From assembly GCA_000697335.1 (NCBI GenBank), contig JNEM01013595.1, positions 1 through 48,637 of the forward strand: a stretch of 48,637 nucleotides of DNA, written 5' to 3'. Under the pieces are notes generated by a model, which saw nothing but the letters and a program-made list of their open reading frames with translations, had not been told where the DNA came from and searched no databases. This document shows, piece by piece, positions 11,608-23,822 of this stretch. A program made the translations under genes and the position numbers. The DNA is from Conidiobolus incongruus B7586. Lineage: Eukaryota. Every line of letters starts with the position of its first letter. Position 1 is the first letter of the stretch.

Positions 11608-14600
11608 TTATTTTACATAAAGTTCTACTAATCTCAACTTATTCTCAGACAAATTGGGGAAAAAGCCCTGTAAACTGATGCCGATGGGTTGGATGATAGA
11701 ATGAATGGAAATTACAAGTTCTAAAACGTAGCGTCTGACTTCTGAAGATTTGAAACTGAAGCCGTTAGAGACGATCTCTCCGAGTTCGGCCTGTTTGAGT
11801 CGGATGAAGTCGAGGCTGCATCTGGGTATCAGCTTGGATAGGACTAAGAACCCTGATCCCAAACAAATGTGAGTGGGGTTTTGTTGTTCATCCAGATTGG
11901 TACTGAGAGGAACATCACCATCAGTCTGTTCACTTTCCGAAGAAAAGAATAGCTCCTTGGTGTATGCCATAGCTGTCGAGAAGCAGAGGATAGGGTCCAC
12001 AGCGTGAGCGAATGTAATTAATGCGTCAATTGCCGATGCACCTACTTCAGCATCTCCTAGATTTCTGCAATCGATTAAACTCGACATAATTTCAATGGTG
12101 AATTCGTTAGCAAGAGGAGTTTGGTGAGACACGAGCGTTTCGATAAGGTAAATGCAAGATTGCTTGAGATCACTGTCAACTGACTCATCCTTGAGATAGT
12201 TAAAGCAGGATTTAAGTAATTTTTCAAAACATTTAGCGAGTGTCCAGAATTCGTGCCATTTGGGATATACCGTGTAAGCCATCTCCTTGGACATTCTGTT
12301 CAAGGTGCGGAATTCACTAGAGGTGACTTCTTGTCCTCGGTTGAGTTTATCAGAGAGTCTTAGGAGAATTTGTAGCTTGTCCTTTTGATTGGGCAACATG
12401 GAGATAATCTCTGCATCAAATCCAGACATGGAATCTCTATTGCGAGATTTATGGCCCAAAATCGCAGCATTGGAAGGACGTGCTTTATGATGAGGGAATT
12501 TAGCATTCAACTTTTCTTGGAGTTCGGTTAATGCAGAGTTGGTTTCAGGCAGTGGTAAGTTGAATCCACCAAGCAAAGAGGGATGCTCTTCAACAGGTGG
12601 CGAAAAACCAAAGCTTTGACTATTACTATTTTTGGGGCTCAGTGTCAAAGATTGTTGATCAGATTTAGGAGTATTGGGCTCAAATATTTTGAGCATTGAA
12701 ATTTCATCAGCCAAATCTAATGATGGGGATGTTGCAATTGATGGAATCGAAACTGACTCTGTTTGGGCTTCTTTAACGGCTTGTGGTGCAGGAGGGGAAA
12801 AATAGCCAGACATATTGGGTTTATCTAAAGGTGTTTTATGACTGCCATTGGCATACTCAGATTTTTTAGGTTGTTGATTAGAGCTATTTGAGTAAGTAGA
12901 AAGTACTGAACCAGGTCTTCGAGTTTGAGAGTTTGAAGAAGAGGTAGGGATCATAGAAACAGGTTTACCTAACCTACTTGGAGCGCTATTGGTATTTGAT
13001 AAGGCATGACCTTGGCGAGATGTTGGTCTTACAGAGTAATTACCTCTTAGTGATGTTTTATTCGAAGGGGACATTAATTTGGAGTTGAAACTGTTTTCTT
13101 CAATTCCGGGTAAAGGCGATTTAGTAAGAGAAGCTCTCACTTGAGTGCTTGAAGGTAATCTAGTCATCCTAGTATGTGGTGATGTAATAGAGCTAATATT
13201 TCTCATACTGCTCTTAGGTCGAGAAGCTAGGGCAGCAGCGTCACTAGCAGATAGTGGACCTGATCTCTCGGTTTTGACTGGAGAGTTATAATTTGCAGCG
13301 ACAGTTCCAGGTCGATGGGATTGTCGAGATGTACTCTTTGCGAGAGATTGCGTATTTCGTGACAATGCTGAATTTGGCCTGTTTGAACTAGTATTACCTT
13401 GCTGAACTCTAGATGGTGGACGATTAGTTTTATTTCTAGAACTTGAGAGAGAAGTAGAAAGCGGAACAGGAGCATGAGGCTGATTATTCAAAGTCAAAAC
13501 AGTGGCAGGATTGACATCTTTATCGTTCAAAATTAATTTCTTATTAGTAGCATCAAAAGAATTGAATAATGTGGTAGCTCTCTCCTTCCATATAGATTCA
13601 AAAACCCAAAATGTCGATCTTGCTAATTCTCTTACTTTAGGATTGGCATCTGAAATGGATTTTTGTATAGCCTTTTGGATTAATTCAACAGCTGTAATCA
13701 AACTTTTCTTTTCCATTAATTTATATTTGGTAGGTCCGTGATTGATTAAAAACGTATGTAAATAGCTGACAGCATATAACCTTAATTGAGCATTCTTGTC
13801 CACAACAGCAGATGTAATCATATTAAGGCACTTTACATTATAACTGGTATTCTGAATTAAAACAATGGTTGATACTTGAGAGGCATCAGCAACAAGTTTT
13901 CTGGATGAAACACCACATCTCAATAAAGCTGACATCAATTTTAGGTTACTTCCATCCAAGAAACCTAATGGTAAAAACAATGCCATATCAGATAACATAT
14001 GTAATGCAGAAAGAGCAAGAGTAGTTCTTGGACTAATCAAAGTCCTCACAAAATCCTCTTCAAAGGTCTTGAACCAGTCCGACAGAGTGGCTACATACGT
14101 TTCATCTAAGTTTGCTCTAACAATTTGTCTAATTTTGTAAGTTGATTTATCTCTGAATTCCCAATTATCTTCAGTTTCTTTGCCAGAAAAAAAAGATGTA
14201 ATTTGATTTAATTGGGTTTTTAAATCGTCCAAATCAAACAACTTCATTGGTGGAATATTTTGTGGAGCAGGAACTGATATGACGGCATTGGAGGTTCTTG
14301 GAACTGTGCTTGACGTTACGGAATTGGACGGCGAATGAGAATGAGATGTGACAGTATCGTGCTGCTTGTCAGACATTGTATCGTTGATCATAGATGTATT
14401 AGCTGACCAGAATGAGTTACTTGTAATATCCACTCCTTGATTTGAGGTTTGTAATATACTATTGCTTGATACAACTGACGAGTTAGCCTGCTCGATGCTC
14501 TTGCTGATAGAAGTTTCAGAGAGTGTCTGTTGGATTTGACTAATCGTATTCTTTCGGAGGGTAGATTTTTGTAAACTTTTATTGAGTGAACTTCTCGATT

Positions 14601-15474
14601 CTTCAGAGGTGACTCTATTAAATTTACATATTCAATCAAATATCCTACAAATATTATTAATATATCAGTACTTACGGATAGATTTCAAAAATCAAGATTT
14701 TAGCCTGTTCTCTCACCGCTTCATTAACGTCTTCGACGAGTACAAGTACAGCGCTCGTGAATTTGTGCAGCGGGAAGTAGTTGATGGTTCTTGAGCATTC
14801 AGCAAGCCAGAAAAGAGTCTAAAAAGCAATTCAATAAATCATAATTAAAAATATAGAATTAAAATTAAAATTACCATTTCTCTAACTCTCCAAGTTTTAT
14901 GTCCCAAGCCTAATTCCACCACCTTCCTACCCAAAAAATCGAGTGATTTAGTATCTAATGCTTTGGGGTCACTTATTGTACTCGCGTTAGGGTCCTGACT
15001 AGGAGTGTTCAAAGTGGACAAAAGCCGCCAAAAATCTGCCAGTGCGCGTAAAGTCAATTCCCTCGACTTCTCTTTACTGTCTCCAAGACGGTCGATAAGG
15101 TGGGGGATAATTGTAGATAAATAAGGCTTTAGAGGACGTATTTGACGAATTAACTGTCTTAAAATAAAAGGTGTAGACTCTATTGCCTTAACACTAATAG
15201 AAAATAGGGAAGTATTGATTAAATTAGGTAGTAGAATTATTATTTCGTCTAAATTTCGATTCTAAAGCAAAATTAAAATTAATAATTTTAATGAAAATTA
15301 AAGAATGGATAATTACAGGTACAACTTCTTCAGTGGTGGCTAAAGTTTGAACTAAATTTTCTAAAGCTTTAACCTTAATTTCGGTATCTAAACAAGAAAT
15401 TTAATTGTTGACGAATGTTTAATTATTGAATAAAATTTACCTTTTTTCTTAAGTCCGTCTATAATATCGTCCAT
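11608..15474 (-). CDS. STU1: CLASP/Stu1 microtubule-associated TOG/HEAT protein (~1213 aa, 5 exons)
   Basis: Exons 15474-15441, 15387-15317, 15261-14875, 14818-14676 and 14614-11608 join in frame with GT-AG introns. Contains TOG1 motifs (LIDRLGDSKEKSRE, HKTWRVRE), a CLASP_N domain (KETEDNWEFRD, SPRTTL, SDANPKVRELAR), an S/R/P-rich linker and C-terminal HEAT repeats. Confidence 0.92.
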
Positions 15475-17385
15475 TTTGAATTATAATTATTTATGTGTAT
15501 ATTATTATTGTATATTTTTCTTAATATTTCAACAGATAATATTAATACAGTTTTTATTTAGAAATATTAAATTGAACTAACAATTAATCAACTTTAAATT
15601 TTTTGAAAATAATAATATAACAGTTATAATAAGATTAAAAAAGAATACTTTGTCTCAGACTTTGAATTGAACAATGGTAATTAATTTTTTAATTTATCAC
15701 GTTGATTTTTTAGAGTGTGACACCGATTTGAGCCTGATTTGTGTTGTTGATTAGTTTAATTTTTGGTGGAATGGTTATTTGTTGATTTTTAGCATAATTA
15801 ATAATTTTAGAATTTGAAATAGTGTTATAATAATACAATGACATCATGCTGAATTTGGTTCAAAAAATAGAATATCAGATTTTAATGAGTCATATAATAT
15901 GTACTTCATAATAAAAAAATCGAATATTTTCAATAACAATATTGAAATATATACTTTGTCATGAAAAATCTTATATTATAAAGTTAATATTCAGCATTAT
16001 TAAATATATCAAAATATCATAAGCAATTTTGAGTGTCAGTTAATCAAAATAGAATTGATTAATGATTAATTGGAGTTACCTGATTATAACTTTTACCAAA
16101 AAATAAGCTAATTAAAAGGAAATTTTTGGAAAAATTATTATTGCACATTATAATTGAATTAACACTATTGATTATAAGGTATTTCAAAAACCACAATAAC
16201 GCAACTGTTATGATATATTATTTAATAAAAATTACTATTATAAATTTATTAACATATGAGAATAAAAGTTGAAGTATCTAAGGAATCAATGTAAACAACA
16301 GAACTACAAATTGAAAACGAATAATTAATCAAATTAGAAAATTATGAAAGATTATCATAATTTTTTCATTCGTGACTAAGATAGTTATTTTAAAAATTAA
16401 AAATATACTAATCGTGAATTATCATAAGCGAGTTATTAACTGTTGAGGAATATAACATATTTTTTAAACTTCATAATTTCAATTTAAATGTTTGAATTGA
16501 TTCCAAAAATCTCAGAGCTAGAATTTAAATTATCATTGTTGATATTTATCTAAAATTATATTTTGCCAAGCATAAGCTAATCTAATAATTAGTTTATTGA
16601 CATTTAATAAGCACCTAATAATTTTTCAATAAAGCTAATTTTGTAAAATAGTAACATATTTTAATGTGAATGATAGATATATTTAAATAATAAATTAAAT
16701 GTTAAGAATTAGAAAATAAAATGGAGTGGAGATTGAAGCAGTATTGAAAATTTCTGGATATTTGAGTTGATTGAATTTGAAAATTCTTGTATGTAATAAA
16801 TGCTCTTGTTCATAAATTAGCAACTAAGTGTGAGTATAATTTATCTAGGTTTTGGTTTTGATTTTTAATCATTGGTACTAATTTAAAAAAATATATTTAT
16901 CACCTTCGAATGATGATTTAATTTATTGGTATTATTTGCATAAATTTTGGTTGAAAAATATAATTGATTTTATATATTATTGAAATAGAAAAATTTATAA
17001 ATTGCTACAAATATATCAATTAGACTATTAATATGATCAATATTTACTAAATAATAATCTCAAAAATTTTTTAAATTTTAATATATATTAAAAAATTTAA
17101 ATTTGCTCATATAATCAACAAAAATCAAATTATTAAGTAATAGGTTCATTTCTAGTCCCAAAATTCAATTGTAAAGCGAATATTTGTAGTATATTGATAT
17201 AATCCCATAATTCAAAAATTTTGGATTTCTCCTTAAAATTTTATTCACTTGAAAAAAAAATATTAAATTTTTGATTAATAAACAAGAATAACATTATTAA
17301 GCTCAAAAATTTAAATAGTATTTATAAATAACACCACAATTAATTATATATTATTAAAAAATTATAATTTGAAATTTCATACGTA

Positions 17386-18741
17386 ATGGAAGGAATTATT
17401 TCACAACCTGTTGAAGTATTAGTTATCGATTCTAAAGCTCTAATTGTTGGAGGTCTAAAATTGAAGGATAAGGCTCACAAATATGTTACCGTACAGGAAG
17501 TATTTAAAGAAGTTAGGGATAGACAAGCTCGTGAAGAGTTGAATTTATTACCTTTCGAATTGCAGACTAGAATTCCTAGTGAGGAAGCAATGAAAATGGG
17601 TAATTTTTATTCTATGAAAAATTGATATTATTCAATATTAATATGGTGGAACAGTTGTCAACTTTACCAAGAAAACTGGAGATTTTAATATTTTATCCAA
17701 AGTTGATTTGAGAATTTTAGCTTTAACCTTGACCCTTGAAAAAGAATTGAACGGTTGGGATCATATTCGTACTGAACCTATTCCCGTAATTATATTCATT
17801 TACATTATAATATTATTTGATGATAATAATATTTTATTATTTAGATTCAAAATAATTTAGCTTATCAAAATAATCAAAATCAACAAGAAAATGAAGAATT
17901 GGATAATAATAATAATAATGATAATGAAAAAGATCAAGGCGAAAAGGAAAATATTGAAGAAGTTTCTTCAAAATTAGATGATTTATCAATTAATCAAGAA
18001 GGATCCAATGATCAAGAAGCTGAAACCAAAGAGCAAGAGGAAACCGCTCAAGTTGACGAGGAAGATGATGACGAAGACGGATGGATCACTCCATCAAATT
18101 TAAAAAACAAAATCCAAGAGGAACTCGATCTTTCGGAAGATGAGGACGAAAATCGTCCACCCGTCAAAGTCGCCTGTATCACTGGGGATTATGCCATGCA
18201 ACGCGTCTTACTCCAAATGAATATGAATTTATTCTCCATGGACGGTCAGCATATCAAACGCATTAACAGCTATGTGATGAGATGTCATGGATGCTACCAT
18301 ATTACTACTGATCTGTCCAAGCAATTCTGTCCCCGTTGCGGTGGCCACACTTTGATGAGAACTACCACCTCTATTGACCAAAATGGCAATATGGTATACT
18401 ATTTGAAACGTAATTTTAAATATAGATTGAGAGGAACTAGAGTAAGTTATCAATATAATATATTATACATCTACTAACGTGATATTTAGTATTCCATCCC
18501 TAGTCCCAAAGGGGGTCACAAAAACAAAGATCTTATCCTACGCGAAGACACACCCCACTACCAACGACGTCTCGCATATAACAACCGACGCAAAGAGCAA
18601 GATTTATTTGATCCCGATTTCATTCCCGAAATTCTCGTTGGAAGAGACAGTAACAAATTCAATCCCAATTCCCTCACCATTGGCTACGGTAGAAAGAATC
18701 CCAATCAGGCCAAACGAAGAACGGGTCGCAAGAAGCATTAA
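17386..18741 (+). CDS. NOB1: 20S pre-rRNA D-site endonuclease Nob1 (4 exons)
   Basis: Exons 17386-17599, 17655-17785, 17845-18441 and 18490-18741 are in frame. Motifs: PIN (VLVIDS, EVRD, KKTGD..LS..D, GWITPSN, TGDYAMQ), Zn ribbon CHGC...FCPRCG, C-terminal GYGRKNPN. TACTAAC branch point in intron 3. Confidence 0.97.
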
Positions 18742-19083
18742 TAGACTTTATAGACATTATTGTAAAATTTATTATTACATTTTTAATATATTTAATTTTA
18801 TCCTATTAGTCATATTGACATATTTGTCATGATCTACAAGTTAATACATCATTTCAATATAATCAATTTATAGTATATATAGATTTTTGTTATATTAAAG
18901 GAAGAATAATTCTGATCAAATTATAATTCTAATAAATACCTCTATATGTAATGATATTTTGGTTTTTTAAAAACTGATTTCAGCAATTGCAAAGATATTT
19001 AAATATTATTATAATAATCTATAATGTTTATTATGATTAATGTTTTGATGAATAATGATAAATAATGAATGTATGATGTATGT

Positions 19084-19650
19084 TTAATGACGACCGCGAC
19101 GTTTTCCATGAGGTCGTCTACCTCTACCTCGACCTTTATGGTTTCTCAGGTATCTACTATCGTAATGCTCATCAAGTTCATCAAAGTCTGGCTGGAAACC
19201 AACTTCTACTGTTTCCTCTTCTGCTAATACCTCTTTATCAAGAATGGCTTCTTCCTCAGCAATGATCTGAGCGTCTTCATCAGTGATTACCACTTCCTTC
19301 TCCGCCTCCACCTCCACCTCCACCTCTTCACCTCCCACTTCTTCGACCACTTCTTCGATCACTTCCTCCTTAACTTCAGTCGTATGGCCGTTCTGAATCA
19401 TATCAATCTTTTCAATCAGTTCATCGATATGTTCTCCCATATCATCATCATCATCCTCTTCCCTTACAACGACTCTTTCGAAATTACGCTCTTCGATCAC
19501 CTCATCCTCCTCTTGATCAGGCACATCGAGCCCAGCCTCCTCCATAAACTGCTCAATCATTGCCTCCTTCAAAGCGTCCAGTCCATCTTGCTGGGGAATC
19601 GGCGCAGCTTTCAAAGCGCAAATGAGTAAAGTAACTAGAATTAATTTCAT
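19084..19650 (-). CDS. Secreted Glu/Val-rich low-complexity protein with basic Arg/Gly/His C-tail (188 aa)
   Basis: First ATG at 19650 gives signal peptide MKLILVTLLICALKA-AP. GC-rich coding-like composition, intronless, with an (AT)n/TATA-like tract ~55-70 nt upstream. Confidence 0.85.
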   Translation of the reverse strand: MKLILVTLLICALKAAPIPQQDGLDALKEAMIEQFMEEAGLDVPDQEEDEVIEERNFERVVVREEDDDDDMGEHIDELIEKIDMIQNGHTTEVKEEVIEEVVEEVGGEEVEVEVEAEKEVVITDEDAQIIAEEEAILDKEVLAEEETVEVGFQPDFDELDEHYDSRYLRNHKGRGRGRRPHGKRRGRH

Positions 19651-21530
19651 AATGAACAATTAATTGTTGGTAAAATGACTTTATTATTATAGATCCATAC
19701 ATATTATATATATATATATATTCAATAATTTCTAATTATTGTTTATTTGAGTGAAGATCTAAATGTCAATACTCAAATCTTTAGGAATTCACCGAAATTG
19801 GATTTGAATTAATTTTAATTCCGTTAATTGTGATCTTTGAGTAAATTTTTACGTTAAATTTTATATTTGTTTATATTAGGATTATCTTTTTATATTATCA
19901 TATTTTTTTTTTGAATTTTACTGGTAATTATATTTTTATAAAAAAATTTATTTTATATTAGATTATAATAATATCAAAATTTGAGAAATTAAATATAAAC
20001 AGAAAATCATAATATAGGGATATTGTTCAAATTTTGATATAAAATATATTAACCCATTTAAAAAAATTTAGAATAATAATCTTTCTATATATGTTTAATG
20101 GTTAATTTATTTAAAAAACTTTTTTAAAAAAATAATATTATAAAATAGAAAATAGGCTATAATATTTGCCATTGTTAATGATATATTATATAAAAATATT
20201 AATAACTATATTTTTATACAAGATTTAAAGACAGTACATAGATATATTACATTTATTGAATAAAATTTAAATACTTATAAATAACAGTCAATGTGATGTA
20301 ATAGTTTTACTTGCGCTAATATACTCTACTAATCTTATACTGGTTATCTTAATATCTTTCATAATAGTCTAAATTTAAAATCGTATTCTCTTAATTAACA
20401 ACATGAACCTTTCATACCTCTTTCATAATTTGGCCATCACTCATGAGATGGTTATTTATGATCTTAAGGTTCGTCACAATCATTCCATTCATTGTTATTA
20501 TGATCTAATTTAGACTATTTTTGCACCTCTAAAGCTTTTTTATCTTTATTCTTTTTTGTTGATTTTTTTCTTCTTTGTAGTTTATTTCAGTATTAATTGA
20601 AGCCTAATGTATCCATTCTTACCTGATATTTTAATATCTATTTTTTGCTTTCTGTTAAATCATTATCAATTTTGGATCGATTGTCAATAAGATTATTAAT
20701 AAATAAACTACGGATTGTAGTATCATAGATGAATAATAATGTTCATAATTATGAGATGGTGAGGATGTTAAAAAATTGAAAAGATTAAAGAATTGAAGCT
20801 TATGTTTATATTTATATAGACTATTTTAGCAATTATTTGAAAATAGAAATTCAAAAAATTAGTTATTTGATTGGTGGATTTTTTGGTTGATCTGTTTTGA
20901 TTAAAAATTGAAAATAAAATTGCAAATTTTCTGTTTAATTCGGAATTCTGAAAGCAGATAAATTTGATAGATTATTATAAAATAATATTATGCTTAACCT
21001 CATTAAAATTATTCAAATTATTTTTTATTTTTTATATTATCATTATTTTACAACAATTTGTTAAAATATATATTGGGGAAAATTCTAAAGTGTAAAATTT
21101 TATTATAGTATATATTATATATTTCCAAAATTTTCAATACATAAATTTTTAAAGTATTCATTATCATGCGCTTGGCATAAGTATAGAAGTCAAATATAAT
21201 CATAATAATACTCAATATACAGTAAAAATTATTGATTATATGATAAATATTGGGTATGATTTGTCAATTTAAAAGTTTAAAGAGAAACTAGCTTATATTG
21301 ATGGAAAATATAAAAATATTCAAAGACTTTTACTAATATTATTAGTTTTGAAAGATAAAAGTTATTTTAAGTTATATATATACTTTATTTTTATATTAAT
21401 TATTGTGAAAATTAATTATCGAATAATATTAGTATCAAATTTTATTATTTTCCATTTATTCACATGAAAAATTTGAAATCAATTTTGAAATATTTTCAAA
21501 TTAAAATGATTACAGGGAATTAACCCAAAT

Positions 21531-21636
21531 TGTAGAGATCTCGCTTACGGTGGCAGAGGCACCGAGGTTGATACTTCGATTCTCCAATAAACGAATCATC
21601 GATTATTAATTCTTTGCTGATATTTTGATTTCTACA
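21531..21636. mobile_element. 106-bp TG...CA element (tiny solo LTR/MITE-like or small RNA)
   Basis: TGTAGAGATC ... GATTTCTACA (9/10 terminal inverted repeat), GC-rich island, internal hairpins and AATAAA at 21586. Confidence 0.5.
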
Positions 21637-21977
21637 CTTATATTTTTTACCTCAGTTATATTCAATTTGTTTATAATTTAATTAAAATAATAATTTTTTC
21701 ATGTTATTATTACTCAAATCAAATTTTAAATTTTTATTTGACAAATTACTTTTAAAAATTAATTGATATCAATGGAATTTCAATTGAATTATATTATATG
21801 TTTATAAAATCGATTGATCAATATATTAATCGGGTTTGCTTTTTATTCATGTAAAAATGATTATCAAGAGGTTAGATAAATAAACATAAAATGTTTAAAA
21901 TTATATAAGTTTAAATCTTTTTCTTTGAAATAACATAATACTATAAGGAAGTCAAAAAATTATATCAAACGATATAC

Positions 21978-23044
21978 TTAATCCGATTTCTTCAAAAATG
22001 ATAAGAATTTATATTTTAAAGTTCGGGACAAGCTGCGAGTATCGATATTAGAAGAATATTTGCAGTTAGGATTGATGCGCTGATTCCAGAATTTAAAATG
22101 AGCTTCGGGGCTCAAGTTCCAGCCAAAGTAGGAGCATACTGGACCTTTTTCTGTTGCTCAGCATTGAATTCTTTTGCCACTCAAGCCTATGTGGATAATG
22201 TGCTGACTGTGGTAGTAACTAAAGTATTGGCCAGGTGAAATTGCAATTAAATCACCTTGTGCGGTTACTCTGGTATTTTTACAGGTTTGGAATTAAGGTA
22301 ATTTGCAAATCCTTGGTCACCTACACGTGGTTGTCCAAATGTAATAATTTAGATATCTTCCTTTTTAAGTATCCCTTCTTCAGCAGGTTTGAATGCACTA
22401 AGAGAAGCTCAGGCACATCCTAAACTGTGACCAGTGAAGGTAACTTGATGATCTGGGTTCTTCTTTTTGGCATTCTGAACTACTGCTTTGGTCATTGTTG
22501 AGAGCATCAACAGCTTCATTGAAAATGGAGTGGACTTCAACTGGAGTAGTACTGTTGCTCTTAATTGGAGTAGGTTTATACTTCAAATCAACAACTCAGT
22601 TCTCAAAGTTACTAGCACCACGATAAGGTACAACAATGATCTTGTGATCGTGATTCAAACCCAAAAAACCAGCACATTCACGTTCAGCTTCACTAAGGTA
22701 AGCTATATCCTTAGTGCTTGCACCATATCCTTTACAGTTGTAACATTTCCATTGCTCGACTCATTTTTGGGACAATAGGCAGTAGCGGCATAGTTAAGAA
22801 AATTCTTTGCAAAACCTTCAGATGCGGATTTGATCAACATGGGCTCCGCCATGTAAGCTGCAAACGAACTCACGAGAGTTTCGGCCATGGGAGCATTTTC
22901 ATCTCGAATGGATTTTTCCTACGCCTTATTAATGATTTTAGCAAGAGAATTCAACATCTCAATGTCTTCATAGGCCTCAATTGGTAATTCATTGGCCTGA
23001 GAGAAGATTAAATGCAACCAGGAAAAGTGGATAAACAACTTCAT
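21978..23044 (-). pseudogene. Class-3 lipase pseudogene, full-length paralogue of 29165-30253
   Basis: Collinear with the intact lipase from signal peptide (MKLFIHFSWLHLIFSQ) to FWNQRINPNC. GHSLG at 22432-22418. In-frame stops (TAG 22921-22919, TGG>TGA near 22597, TGA 22411-22409) and frameshifts near 22760 and 22495. TATAAATA retained at 23094-23087. Confidence 0.93.
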
Positions 23045-23460
23045 TTTCGGTTGAATTATGTCAATCTTATCAACCTTGAGCGCCTATATTTATATACCAA
23101 GAACAGACTCAAAAAATATTCGAAATTTATCGGATACATATAACAATTAATTAAAATTACTCTATTGCTATGTACCCCAACTTCAGTAGAATCGACTCAT
23201 GCATGCTAAAAGCTGTTGTTAGCATATATATTTCTGCCATCTTACTCTATATTAGATAGAATTTAAATAAACATTATGTCACACGTTATATTGCCGTGGT
23301 AGGTTAGATATATATGACGATTTTGATCGTTGCAGATTAATTGGATTCAAAGCTTAAGTACAGTCTTGTTTTGAAATTAAAATCTCCAAAATAATGCACT
23401 TACTAGACAATTATAGAGATAAAACATAAAACCCATGTATTCATTCTTTATAAATATTAA

Positions 23461-23822
23461 TGTTGTATTTTAAATTTAATCATTTATTCCATTGTGATAG
23501 TTAAACCAATATTAATTCTAATTTAAGCTGGCTTTGTCAGTCTATAATTGAAGGATACTCTTTGTTCACTTTGTTTCCTTTATTAGATTATATCTAAATC
23601 CCATGTCATTCATTTAAGCAACTATTTAAACCCAAAAGTGATAAAGATAGAAGGAAGTTTTTTCTTTTTTGATATTCTGCTACAGCACCTCAACAGTAAG
23701 TTTTCAGACCTACAGCCCCAATATGTTAAAGAGCAGGATTAATAAATAATTTACTAAATCATATTCTGAGTACTTTTCTAACTATGATCTTTATTTATAA
23801 AACTTAATATAAAAACACAACA
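23461..23822 (+). mobile_element. Solo-LTR-like family A, copy 2
   Basis: TGTTGTATTTT ... AAAACACAACA with shared internal motifs (GGCTTTGT.AGTCTATAAT, TGCTACAGCACCTCAACAGTAAG, GCAGGATTAATA). Flanks TTAA/TGAA. Confidence 0.8.

Noticed and set aside
13227..14794. Short ORFs overlapping STU1, and similar shadow ORFs over NOB1, the lipases, PRD1, KIP3 and CDC45
   Set aside because: Alternative-frame or antisense by-products of real exons, or intron read-through.
20280..20745. Possible minus-strand pseudogene with a GTAAGA donor at ~20622
   Set aside because: Many stops and no family assignable by eye.
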